Of a stretch of DNA of 64,000 bases, positions 47,601 through 56,270 are shown one piece after another. This DNA comes from an uncultured virus (IMG/VR IMGVR_UViG_3300021197_001705). Taxonomy: Duplodnaviria > Heunggongvirae > Uroviricota > Caudoviricetes. The notes below the pieces were generated by a model. The model was not told the origin of the DNA, did no database searches, and saw only the letters and a list, made by a program, of their open reading frames with translations. The DNA lies in IMG/VR virus record IMGVR_UViG_3300021197_001705. One strand, written 5' to 3'. Numbering within the stretch: position 1 is the first letter of the stretch; each line of letters starts with the position of its first letter. A program made the translations under genes and the position numbers.

Positions 47601-50600
47601 GCTTGGCTCTTTCGCCACGGTAAAAAGTTGCTCCTTTTCTTGCCGGGTCGGGATAAGGGCCGCCATAATCGAAACCTGTGAATCCAAAGGCTCCATCATA
47701 CTTAGTGAATCCACCCGAGTCTCTTTCTCCGAACAATAGACGCCATGCCTCTGGTCTGGTGTACTGATTGTGGATATTATTAGGGGGAGCACCGCCTGAA
47801 TCGTCATCATTCAGGGTGTTATCGTATCTATTAACCTCGATGTGTCTAGATTGGTGACCGCCAACCCAAGTATTTGTAAAAGGGCCCTGCATTGGGATTT
47901 CGTTTGTAAAATCAGTAGTGTCAGAGTGGAGATTGGTTATCCTGACATCATGATATTCATCCAAAACCCAAGCCCCATAACCACTATGTACCGATTGAGA
48001 AACAATTGTCAATGGCAACTTCGAAACATCAGTTCTGTAATTGTAAGTTTCATTAGCGTTTGTGGGAGTTGGTGTAGATCCATCACCAGCGTATTTACCT
48101 ATGAACGCATCAACATTTAAATTTTCTTTAATGTTTGGCCTGTGTATGTCGTCACACCTTCGTTTTGTTATAACACCAGAGCCAGTGCCACCACCAACTA
48201 AAACGACATTTTTTGGTATGCCAATGTTTGTTTTATCACCATGGCGACTTACTGCATTGTGGATAAAGTCTCTGTCTTTGTTCTCGGGATGGTTTATACC
48301 AGCGTGTATTCTGCTACCAAGCGTTGTCTCGATAGAGTATGGTTTGGCCAATTTCCTTATAGCGTAAGTCGAGGCCTCGTAAACAACACCTGTCTCAGTT
48401 GAGGCACTCAACGCTGTAGCATTATTGTGGTTAAGGATAACTTTTCTTATTGATTCGCGATCTGCTATATCCGTTCTTACTTCCCGATCTTTGTTCCAAA
48501 GGCAATTATCATTTTCAGAATCAGGCAACGGAGCATGACCGAATTTCCAATTATAATTTAACTCAGAATAACTTTTAATACTGGTCTCTGTCGCTGAGTA
48601 TACATCCAGAAGGGGGAACTTATTTTGATACTTGTTACGCTCCAACATGTGACTTTCAATAATATTAGAAATACCTTTTGAGTGTCTGGTACTGATTGGG
48701 AACAACTGGTTTACCATTTCAGACACAGTTACATCAATCCATTTAAAATACTCAGTAAATCGATCGAAATTTGGGTCCCCCTCATTTTTTTCGAAAAACA
48801 ATCTTCTCAAGATGTTTAAATTTTTGTATTCTACCCTATATCTATCTATTGCCTTACCAACAAGATTGTTCATTTCCTTAACAGAGGAGAACATCTTTAA
48901 CATTTCTTCTGAAACCACTTGGCCCATACTCTTCTCAAGGGCGTACAGGTTGTCACTAACATCATCGTCTTTGATGATTAATTCTTCTTTATCCCCTTTG
49001 ATAAAAACGTTGTTTGCTGTAAACGCAATCTCAGGCAACTCTTTCTTAAAAGAGAATATAGGTTCGTTATCAACCATCGTAGAAACAGAAGCTGGGAATC
49101 CGTGCCCTAAGACCCTGTGTTCCCTCCTGTTGATATTGTCAATCCAGCCGTATATCACATCTGATGATCCGCTTGACAAATCCTCAACTATGAACTGGCC
49201 GCTTGCGTTAGAGCCGGTCACAGTTGAAAAATCATGATTAGCAGCTATCAAATCCGCACTTGGGACTTGTTTGTCCAAATTTAATGAAAACAAAGTAGGA
49301 CTCTGATAACTCTTTCTAAGTCCATAGTTTGAGGGGTCTAAATTGTGTTGCTTAATGATAGAATCTTCTAAATAATCCATATAAAATCTAAACGCACCGA
49401 TCTTCATATCAGTCTGTTGTAGTACGGAGCCCGTGAAGTTCTCGACATGAGAACCGAAGTAAAAACGCTTGCTATCAGATAGAAACGCTGATCCGCTATC
49501 GTAAGATACACTCGACGTTACAGTGAATTCGCTTCGAACATCATCATAGTCGTGTGTAACACCATAAAGCTCTACGTTGTATGTGGGGTTAGATGAGGAG
49601 ATAATATTACCAATTAATGGATACTTGTCAGGTTTTACTCGGACTGCTATATTCCACCTTTGGTTATTGTAGATTTGATTATAAACACTAGAAGTCAGAT
49701 AAAGTGATCCATCTCTGTTTGTTAATACAAACTGGGCGTTTTCTGATTCTATTCCATCACGAAGTAGGTAAATTTGAAAATTACCTATGTCTTCGGTTAG
49801 CGGTCTCCAAGTATAACCAGTACCAGCACCACCGTCAGCAGGCCTGTGCATACCAAAGATGGAACTCGATAGAAACGAAGTGTCAAAATGCCCCTTTTCG
49901 TGCATCTTTAGCTTATATGGCACTACTATGTCGATCTCTGCCGTAAAGGCCGAAAATTGCTCGCTTTTGGACGCCTCTGAACCTGATATGTAAGATAGTG
50001 AATTACTGTCTGAGGCTGTGAGGAACATTGTTGCATTCATCAAAGAGCCGCTATTAAAGTTTATATACTTTGTAGTCTGTGAAGTTTGCTTGTACTTGTC
50101 ATTGAAATAGTGAGTTCCGCCATCAGTATAAACGTTAAGCTTAACGATTTCGTCGTCAATACCAAAACATCTAAGCATATTTCTAATTGATCTCTCTGTT
50201 CCTTTAGATTTATAAATAAAATCCAAGTTATTGTAAATGTTAGTATAGATCAGATTCTTTATCTCACTCAGTTTTTCTTCAAATAACACTTGGTTATCGT
50301 CTCTACCCCCGAACATCTCAATAAGATTAGAATTAACAAAAAGATTTGGTGTTACCAGACCCTTGCTCTCTAACATATCTTTTGCAAAAGGAAGTGCCTT
50401 ATAGCTTGAACTGGGAAACACTCTGTTCTGTAAAGATGGCAGGGCTGTTATTTGAGAATGCAAAGTGTCGAAATGGCTTGCTATTATTTGATAAAGATAT
50501 TTGACATTGCTGTTCGTCTCTTCGTCTTCGTCTCTTATCCACTGTGGTATTGTGTTATATAATAAAGAAGGGTTGATAACATCCCAATCACTACCGGAGG

Positions 50601-51957
50601 TTTGCAATTCGGACAACAAATTAACAACGTCTGGGTGGGTACTATAAACTATTGGGTCTTCTTTTTCAGTTGTGACTAAGCTAGAAGATACAAACGCTGA
50701 GCCTGTATTTCTCGATCCGGCAGCGTAACCAGTCCAAGACCCGTTGATGATTCGGCCAGAGTAATCCAGCACAACAGAGTCTTTACCAGAATATCCAGTT
50801 ATGCCCTCGTTAAATTTATAATAAAAACCAAGATCAATATTAGCGTCATCAGTATTGGTTCCACCGTTTGCAGGTACATACCAATTATCGTAAACCTCTT
50901 CTGAAGTTCTTTTTGTTTTCCAAAAACGGAAGTCATCTAAACTAGCGCTTAGTTTACCAGCATATTGGTTAGATGGAGATAGGTGGGAAGTTGTACCAAT
51001 CAAAGATCCAATGTACCCGTTTATTCTTCCGCCTATTGAGCCCATGGCGCCGCCAACGTTGTGAGTCGTTTTTTGGTTTAGATCGCCATTAGTGTAGAAC
51101 CTCGTTATTAGGCCTGAAGATTCAGAGACAACCGATAGGGCATAGTGACCCCATGTCGCTAATGACGAAGTATGAAATGTGCTGCTACACACTGTTTGTT
51201 CGAATATCCCCTTTCCGGACGCTAGCGAGCCGCTACGGAATGTCAGTTGGAAGCTGTTTAATCCGTTTAGAGCCGACCCACCGTTTAGAGAAAGGGTGAA
51301 ACGACCGTATGTAGCGCCACCAGTCGAGTTATTGTTCCACAAATCCAGTATAACTTCTCTAGAGGATTTAGTTGCATCAAAGTCATCTTTCTTTAGCCAA
51401 AACTCTACAGTCCAGCCTTTCTCTGGATCTAGTGCAAAGGTGGAAGTCCGGGATGCAGCGCTATCATAAACTACTGAATTATCAAAAGTTTTATACAATG
51501 GCGAGCTTTCCATCCCAGAAGATGCTGTGTGTATTCCGCCTCTAATGAAAATATATTCATAATCTGAGGATGAAACGGTGCTACCATACCCTTGAGCGTC
51601 AGGAGACCCAGAGCCCCAACCACCATATGAAAAATTAATATACCCAGTTGATTTGGGATATAGCTTATCAAAAATATATTTGTCTAAGTAGGAAGACGAT
51701 ATTTCAAATTTGGTTTTTTCCTTTTCTGATCCATCATAAGGATAATCACCGTAAATCCTCTCCACTGCCTTAGTATAATACTCGTAAGCAGAGCCAAACT
51801 TAGCAAAGTTACTAGCAGAACTAAAATCCACATAAGGCTGGAATGTCTTATCTCTTTTGGTGGATTCTATAATATACTCGTTTGATTCAACCTTCATGCT
51901 AGAAGTCGAAACATTCTCTATAGAAATTGGTTTTTCAAAAAGATCTCTAATACTCAT
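44689..51957 (-). CDS. Giant baseplate/adhesin protein with several LamG (ConA-like) domains
   Basis: 2422 aa; repeated T..FW / W.H / (L/Y)D...W / YY.F LamG motif sets at about 50700-51450, 46380-46950 and 44880-45370; KSKGTERSI wedge-like motif. Confidence 0.8.
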   Translation of the reverse strand: MSIRDLFEKPISIENVSTSSMKVESNEYIIESTKRDKTFQPYVDFSSASNFAKFGSAYEYYTKAVERIYGDYPYDGSEKEKTKFEISSSYLDKYIFDKLYPKSTGYINFSYGGWGSGSPDAQGYGSTVSSSDYEYIFIRGGIHTASSGMESSPLYKTFDNSVVYDSAASRTSTFALDPEKGWTVEFWLKKDDFDATKSSREVILDLWNNNSTGGATYGRFTLSLNGGSALNGLNSFQLTFRSGSLASGKGIFEQTVCSSTFHTSSLATWGHYALSVVSESSGLITRFYTNGDLNQKTTHNVGGAMGSIGGRINGYIGSLIGTTSHLSPSNQYAGKLSASLDDFRFWKTKRTSEEVYDNWYVPANGGTNTDDANIDLGFYYKFNEGITGYSGKDSVVLDYSGRIINGSWTGYAAGSRNTGSAFVSSSLVTTEKEDPIVYSTHPDVVNLLSELQTSGSDWDVINPSLLYNTIPQWIRDEDEETNSNVKYLYQIIASHFDTLHSQITALPSLQNRVFPSSSYKALPFAKDMLESKGLVTPNLFVNSNLIEMFGGRDDNQVLFEEKLSEIKNLIYTNIYNNLDFIYKSKGTERSIRNMLRCFGIDDEIVKLNVYTDGGTHYFNDKYKQTSQTTKYINFNSGSLMNATMFLTASDSNSLSYISGSEASKSEQFSAFTAEIDIVVPYKLKMHEKGHFDTSFLSSSIFGMHRPADGGAGTGYTWRPLTEDIGNFQIYLLRDGIESENAQFVLTNRDGSLYLTSSVYNQIYNNQRWNIAVRVKPDKYPLIGNIISSSNPTYNVELYGVTHDYDDVRSEFTVTSSVSYDSGSAFLSDSKRFYFGSHVENFTGSVLQQTDMKIGAFRFYMDYLEDSIIKQHNLDPSNYGLRKSYQSPTLFSLNLDKQVPSADLIAANHDFSTVTGSNASGQFIVEDLSSGSSDVIYGWIDNINRREHRVLGHGFPASVSTMVDNEPIFSFKKELPEIAFTANNVFIKGDKEELIIKDDDVSDNLYALEKSMGQVVSEEMLKMFSSVKEMNNLVGKAIDRYRVEYKNLNILRRLFFEKNEGDPNFDRFTEYFKWIDVTVSEMVNQLFPISTRHSKGISNIIESHMLERNKYQNKFPLLDVYSATETSIKSYSELNYNWKFGHAPLPDSENDNCLWNKDREVRTDIADRESIRKVILNHNNATALSASTETGVVYEASTYAIRKLAKPYSIETTLGSRIHAGINHPENKDRDFIHNAVSRHGDKTNIGIPKNVVLVGGGTGSGVITKRRCDDIHRPNIKENLNVDAFIGKYAGDGSTPTPTNANETYNYRTDVSKLPLTIVSQSVHSGYGAWVLDEYHDVRITNLHSDTTDFTNEIPMQGPFTNTWVGGHQSRHIEVNRYDNTLNDDDSGGAPPNNIHNQYTRPEAWRLLFGERDSGGFTKYDGAFGFTGFDYGGPYPDPARKGATFYRGERAKRPVNIENIKTTTGSISHGNFYQNYELVSAVGKQENNLYFRKNPVQSNYLPTSITASLPTTTHPLTLVAYAATANGNVFGKHSNNRQPDIPAVTGATASAEFNAYGTSGSNEYSLINTWLEQAGKNHGILIEDVGISIGVSGSSAYSGDFDTVAKPTGSSVEYWNELNRLLTAVPAITSTYSIVNAVDNYSQGFTCHSINGQNVALSSSTFVGASGSAAFTFSSWINVSTASTGHIKNLFYTAASKGGQRSAEIKIDTNGHLSLTRYGVTGGGGSSNSTIQINDFQASYSGSWIHLACICGADYTTRGQTAFYVNGVSQSVNSESPGGGTAHVISGAVFVMSNGHQADSHYFPFQGKYDEVSYWKAPLTAVQVIQLYNCGTKFNLTGASAGTYLPTGDLTSWWTFDDSAITGSMHTGFTITDHAATFGANTLTVKDKYQEAGSGILLTPVSGVINAKPMALFSLKTSTNTATYNGETTHGITAGFVTSSAITIGADHFAYLNCTSSFSGTISFAGGINDSVASRNLHSINDSLLGESKNRTIITSRFSAPGGIEVQSKGYLDAYSHEYSVHNALPYRNLTVRGSGSGESGTIRAIDIHGNRSGLRTHLQRHSGKFGSDSGVGSVTSTEYVTVPSFHKIPRNVSRKPTSTSQLLSPVFNEDHNNAFFQSPIPQSDYQYSWVTSSLNYNYGIRSGKQRVYGYLPRDGELVNTDLDQSVNFSSNNSFIEIGTDTLWNGIVGQGSSNRTMACAFWFKRTTDTVSYDYQRILSFSYRDLQLSLFENKFRFEADWSTTDGVWTSKETFELNRWYHIVLMYDGGATSNDPVLYIDGALANGFDETATPVGSLVPLSGQACYIGNSYNKNEAFRGNLDNFAIFSDGLSQANVTTLYNDGDRFREYTYRTNMELYYRMGAGSYKGLTLESFSEDTTSNFYDISGNGRNSTDAANLSFTTLFSYTVSDAITFPTASEIFGV

Positions 51958-53935
51958 CGTTTTCTACCTTGAACTTGAATAAATATGGTTGCTCTCGATA
52001 TCCACCAACAGCATCATCATAGAAAGAATACTTGAATGCGTAAGTGTATCCAGATTCAAGCAAACTCATATCAAAATCAAAATAATTTCCCGACACATCG
52101 TAAGATAGCATACTATAATTGTCAGATCCTGTTCCGTATGGAATAACAACTTTTTGGTCCACGGTTCTCATAATTTGGAATGAGGCACTTTCAATAATCT
52201 TGCTATCGATAGTAGAGACCGCTTTAGTATAAACATTAGGAGACCAACCTTTATCTCTCACAAAGAGTCTAAATCTTTCCGTTTCTTTATTTGAATATTT
52301 TTTTAGTAGCTTTGGCATTGTGAGTACATGAGTGTTAGATACATCATAGTTTTCCATGCCAAAATCAGTTGGAGTAAATGCCGAGCCTGTCTGTATTTGG
52401 GAACCACTGTATGTCCAAACATCTACCAGATAAGGATACACTGAGGTGACAACACTGCTAGTTACTGAAAATTGTACCTTGTAAACACCTTCTGAAACCC
52501 TTGATGAGCTTAAAAAATTTACTGCTTCGTTTGAAGAGTTTCTAAAATATTGGGCTGAAGCTTCTGGTACCGACCCAGAGGCGTAATACAGATTTAAAAC
52601 TGGAAGCTGGTTGGGAGATTGAGTCCCTCCAATATCTCTCAGTCTACCCCTAACATAATTATATAAGAAAAGAGTATTTAAATTCTCTGAAGCTGGGGCA
52701 ATCGAGCTACTAAAATAAAATGTACCTCTATTGTCTCTCCTTGAGGAGTCCCATCGAGCTTCAATAGATGGTTTTTCGAAAAAGAATTCTGTACCTCTGC
52801 CAAAGAACTTCTTTGTATAATACGATTTTGTAGCGCCACCACCAGCAGGGCTCAGAGAACTAGTAGCCTCTTGTGACCCTGATAACCTGACGAGCACACC
52901 ATAGTTAGTCTTGCTACCCAGCACATTGCCACCACTATTCAACCATTGCTCGACCAATGTGGTTACATCTATTTCTAAATTTTCATCGCCAATTTCAAAA
53001 TGCTGCTTAAAGGAAGAACTTGTATCTGTGTGGTAATCTCCACCTTGAGTTGACCATGGGCCGCGACCACCAGTAAAAGCAGCCTCAAGCACCTTGTCGC
53101 TTCCGAAATTCGTAACCGCTGCTAGCACAGACGCTACATTTCCAGCAGAGCCACTAGTATCCATTGTTAAAGTAACTTTGGTGTTGCTGCTGCCGGCTTT
53201 TGCTGTGAGTCCTATTGTGCCTGCCGTAAGAGCGGAGCCTGCGCCTAAATTGGCGGCTCCGTATTTATACTTATTGTCGGCTGTTCCATTTATAGCTTTA
53301 ATAAGCACAGCAGCGGTGTCAGCTTCATCAGTAACACTAGTGAGACTGATACCGAAAGTGTTTTCTTCTTCGTTGGCTTCAACATCCGTACCACTATCAA
53401 ATAAAAATGTATAAGTAACCCCGTCACCTCCGGCAGAAGCTGGAACCGTCATTGTGAACTTATCATTCTGTGCAACACCAGCAACATCAATCGCGTCAAC
53501 CAGCGTAGCGGCAGATGGGCTCCCTTGAGCATTAATCCAGTTGGAGCCTGTGAAATCGTAAGTTAGATCTGTGTAGTTATCCATGTCAAGGCCATTGCCC
53601 TCTTCCCAATTGACAGAAATAGAATTGACCTCAAGATGATAATTCCTTGGCAAAGTCAGAGAGTGTTCTGCATTATAGAGTTTTAAATAAAAACTAACAC
53701 TTCCAGATGCTGGTATCGTGCCTGCTGTTCTATCGGATGCGATAGAAGGTATATTAAATTGTATTAAGGATCTTGCTAGTTCTGATGACCCTGTGCTCTG
53801 TTGAGCATATATAGAAAACACTTCGAGAATGTCGGACTGGCCCATGTTGGACCCCGTGCCTCTTGTCGAAAGATTCTCCTCAAATGCGTTTGTTATGGTG
53901 TTGTCTGCGATTGCAAAGTATTTTTTTATTGACAT
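51947..53935 (-). CDS. Baseplate-associated structural protein
   Basis: ADNTI...RSLIQF...WEEG.G...P.IEARWD pattern; follows the gp6-like gene by TAATG. Confidence 0.7.
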   Translation of the reverse strand: MSIKKYFAIADNTITNAFEENLSTRGTGSNMGQSDILEVFSIYAQQSTGSSELARSLIQFNIPSIASDRTAGTIPASGSVSFYLKLYNAEHSLTLPRNYHLEVNSISVNWEEGNGLDMDNYTDLTYDFTGSNWINAQGSPSAATLVDAIDVAGVAQNDKFTMTVPASAGGDGVTYTFLFDSGTDVEANEEENTFGISLTSVTDEADTAAVLIKAINGTADNKYKYGAANLGAGSALTAGTIGLTAKAGSSNTKVTLTMDTSGSAGNVASVLAAVTNFGSDKVLEAAFTGGRGPWSTQGGDYHTDTSSSFKQHFEIGDENLEIDVTTLVEQWLNSGGNVLGSKTNYGVLVRLSGSQEATSSLSPAGGGATKSYYTKKFFGRGTEFFFEKPSIEARWDSSRRDNRGTFYFSSSIAPASENLNTLFLYNYVRGRLRDIGGTQSPNQLPVLNLYYASGSVPEASAQYFRNSSNEAVNFLSSSRVSEGVYKVQFSVTSSVVTSVYPYLVDVWTYSGSQIQTGSAFTPTDFGMENYDVSNTHVLTMPKLLKKYSNKETERFRLFVRDKGWSPNVYTKAVSTIDSKIIESASFQIMRTVDQKVVIPYGTGSDNYSMLSYDVSGNYFDFDMSLLESGYTYAFKYSFYDDAVGGYREQPYLFKFKVENDEY

Positions 53936-55737
53936 TATTTTACTGTACCTTTTATGTCTAGAGATGGATATTTTAATTCAAGAACCACGTTTCTAGGAAC
54001 TTTATAATATGTTCCATCTTTAGATAGAATTTTTTTGAAATTTAAACTGGCGCCTGAATACAATCCGCCAACGGCCTCATCAATTGAGACATTTTTTATG
54101 TCCACGACACCCTCTACTCTGTTCAAGACCTCATATAATCTAGTCAAATATAGTGGCTCACCGATATAAAGAATGTCTTCAAAGTATACTCTAAGGGCCT
54201 CTGCACATGCAAATAGCACTTCTTTGTTGTCATATCTTTTATCAGAAATAGCTAAAAAATTAATTTTAAAATTAATCACTATAGCGTCATAAATGTCGAT
54301 AACATCGTTTAACGACTTGTAAGATACAAGCCAATTTTTAATATTGTTTTTGGTCACCTGACCCGGAGATTCCAAATTGCCGTTATCGTCTTCTGATACC
54401 ACATATAAGGAAATCCGCCTATTTGTTGAAGAAGGGTCATTAACTATATTCGCCCTTTTTACTGCTCCAAACTTTGGAGGCATATTATACACTAAGGACT
54501 CGTAGTCTTGCTTTGTTACTGCCCTGCTTTGTGCTGCAAAGGACGCCTTTGCCCTTTGTTTAATTTCTTGAACGGTTACAGAGCTATCGATGACAGACGT
54601 AATAGGGAGCGGATTTGTGCATTCTAGGGAGTTTTTCACTCCGGAAACAAGACTGGTATCCAAGCTGGTTAAGTTGTTAAAATCATAAATTGCTCGCGAA
54701 ACAACGCTGACACTATTCGCTCCTGCGTTTATCGATCCAATGTTATTCAATTTGTATATAATTGTGAGGATTGTGTTGTAAGGAGAGACACCAAGTTTAT
54801 CATTTTTTAATAACTTACTAGGATCAAAAGAAGATAGAGTTATATTATTTTTACCGTGCATCTTTAAAGCAATTTTTGACGGGTCGACTAAAGCAGTTGG
54901 GTCTTCTTCCCCTGAGCCAAATCCAAATTGTAGATATGTTCCAGTATCGTCCCTCTCCACAGTAAATCTTCTAGTGGCCACAAAAGGCTTGATTATAGAT
55001 CTGACGCCATCAGTGAGGGCGTCCGGATTTGTGGTTTCGACTAATATCGTTTCTTGAGCAAGGTTATCAACTTCATAGTATTTGTTTCCTTCGGAATCTA
55101 CAACGCTTGTTATATCCGTAACTTCTCCTGCGCCAATTCTGACTTTCCTGAATCTCTCGAAGGCTTCGTCTGTCAGGTCTGCCTCCGCAGACATCAACAT
55201 ACCAGATTGAACTTGGCCCGAAGCCTTTACAGCAAAATTGGTTGTAGCACCCGTGGCGCCATTAAATCTAGCTGCTCTAAATTCATTGTTTACACTATTA
55301 AAAATAACGTCCTCTGTTAATATAAAATTTCCACCATTTTCAGATGTGAAGGTCGATCCCGCCTTTAGTGTTGGCAAGTAAGTTAAATCTGGAGCCGTTC
55401 CTTCTGCATTGGCTGGGCATAAAACATAAAAATCTAAAATACCGTATGTAGTGGGAACACCAGTGTAATTGTAACCAAGGGATCTAGCATGTTTCCTGAT
55501 GTTGTCAAATTCTATCGACGTATCCATAAAGGATTCATTAACATGATAGTCTAAATAATATGACAATACATCGCCAACGTAAGCCACACTGTCTATTACC
55601 ATTGCTCCGAACGAAGGCTTCGAAAAGTCCCTATAGGTATCTGGGTAGTATCGTTTAGCATGATCTATAAGGTCTTCCTTGATAGATTCAAATTCTCTGC
55701 TGGTGTATTTTATATTAATATTTTTGCTTTTTGGCAT
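53935..55737 (-). CDS. Baseplate wedge subunit (T4 gp6 / baseplate J-like)
   Basis: YTSREFESIK, AYVGDVLSYYLD, ARSLGY, LQFG, QSRAVTKQDY motifs. Confidence 0.9.
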   Translation of the reverse strand: MPKSKNINIKYTSREFESIKEDLIDHAKRYYPDTYRDFSKPSFGAMVIDSVAYVGDVLSYYLDYHVNESFMDTSIEFDNIRKHARSLGYNYTGVPTTYGILDFYVLCPANAEGTAPDLTYLPTLKAGSTFTSENGGNFILTEDVIFNSVNNEFRAARFNGATGATTNFAVKASGQVQSGMLMSAEADLTDEAFERFRKVRIGAGEVTDITSVVDSEGNKYYEVDNLAQETILVETTNPDALTDGVRSIIKPFVATRRFTVERDDTGTYLQFGFGSGEEDPTALVDPSKIALKMHGKNNITLSSFDPSKLLKNDKLGVSPYNTILTIIYKLNNIGSINAGANSVSVVSRAIYDFNNLTSLDTSLVSGVKNSLECTNPLPITSVIDSSVTVQEIKQRAKASFAAQSRAVTKQDYESLVYNMPPKFGAVKRANIVNDPSSTNRRISLYVVSEDDNGNLESPGQVTKNNIKNWLVSYKSLNDVIDIYDAIVINFKINFLAISDKRYDNKEVLFACAEALRVYFEDILYIGEPLYLTRLYEVLNRVEGVVDIKNVSIDEAVGGLYSGASLNFKKILSKDGTYYKVPRNVVLELKYPSLDIKGTVK

Positions 55738-55761
55738 TTATAGGGACCCTCTTTTACAAAA

Positions 55762-55769
55762 TAAATAGG
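55762..55769 (-). promoter_or_regulatory. Putative late promoter motif CCTATTTA
   Basis: Intergenic, 25 nt upstream of ATG 55737. Confidence 0.55.
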
Positions 55770-55788
55770 TTTTATATCAATTTATACT

Positions 55789-56169
55789 TTATACTCTGAC
55801 TCTAATTAACAGTTCGTCTCTAGCCTCTATTTCATTTATATAGTATAGTAGCCTGACATGTGCTACCATATTGTCCGGGTTTGTGATATCAACATCCTCT
55901 AAAACAATATACGGAACGAATATCCCCAATTGCTTTCTTATCGCTGAAGCTGCTGTGTCTAAAACAGATGCGGTTGGGTATTCAAATAATATTTTTCTCA
56001 AACAAGCTCCAAAGTCCTCGCTGTCAAATGTACGTTCGCCCGGACACGTCAAGAGGGTGTTTTTGATATTAAATTTGACCAAATCCCTTATATCTTCACT
56101 AGAAAGTAAATCAAAGCCTGTGTTTTTTCCTGTTTGTTCTAACGGGAATCTTACTGTTAAATTGGCCAT
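55789..56169 (-). CDS. Baseplate wedge/sheath initiator (T4 gp25-like)
   Basis: NIKNTLLTCPGER...FGACLRKILFE...FVPYI; start abuts the gap. Confidence 0.88.
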   Translation of the reverse strand: MANLTVRFPLEQTGKNTGFDLLSSEDIRDLVKFNIKNTLLTCPGERTFDSEDFGACLRKILFEYPTASVLDTAASAIRKQLGIFVPYIVLEDVDITNPDNMVAHVRLLYYINEIEARDELLIRVRV

Positions 56170-56170
56170 T

Positions 56171-56270
56171 NNNNNNNNNNNNNNNNNNNNNNNNNNNNNN
56201 NNNNNNNNNNNNNNNNNNNNNNNNNNNNNNNNNNNNNNNNNNNNNNNNNNNNNNNNNNNNNNNNNNNNNN
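56171..56270. other. Assembly gap (100 N)
   Basis: Run of n; true length unknown. Confidence 1.

Noticed and set aside
56157..56270. C-terminus of the 2338-aa ORF as given in the track
   Set aside because: Artefact of translating through the N gap; the real stop is unknown
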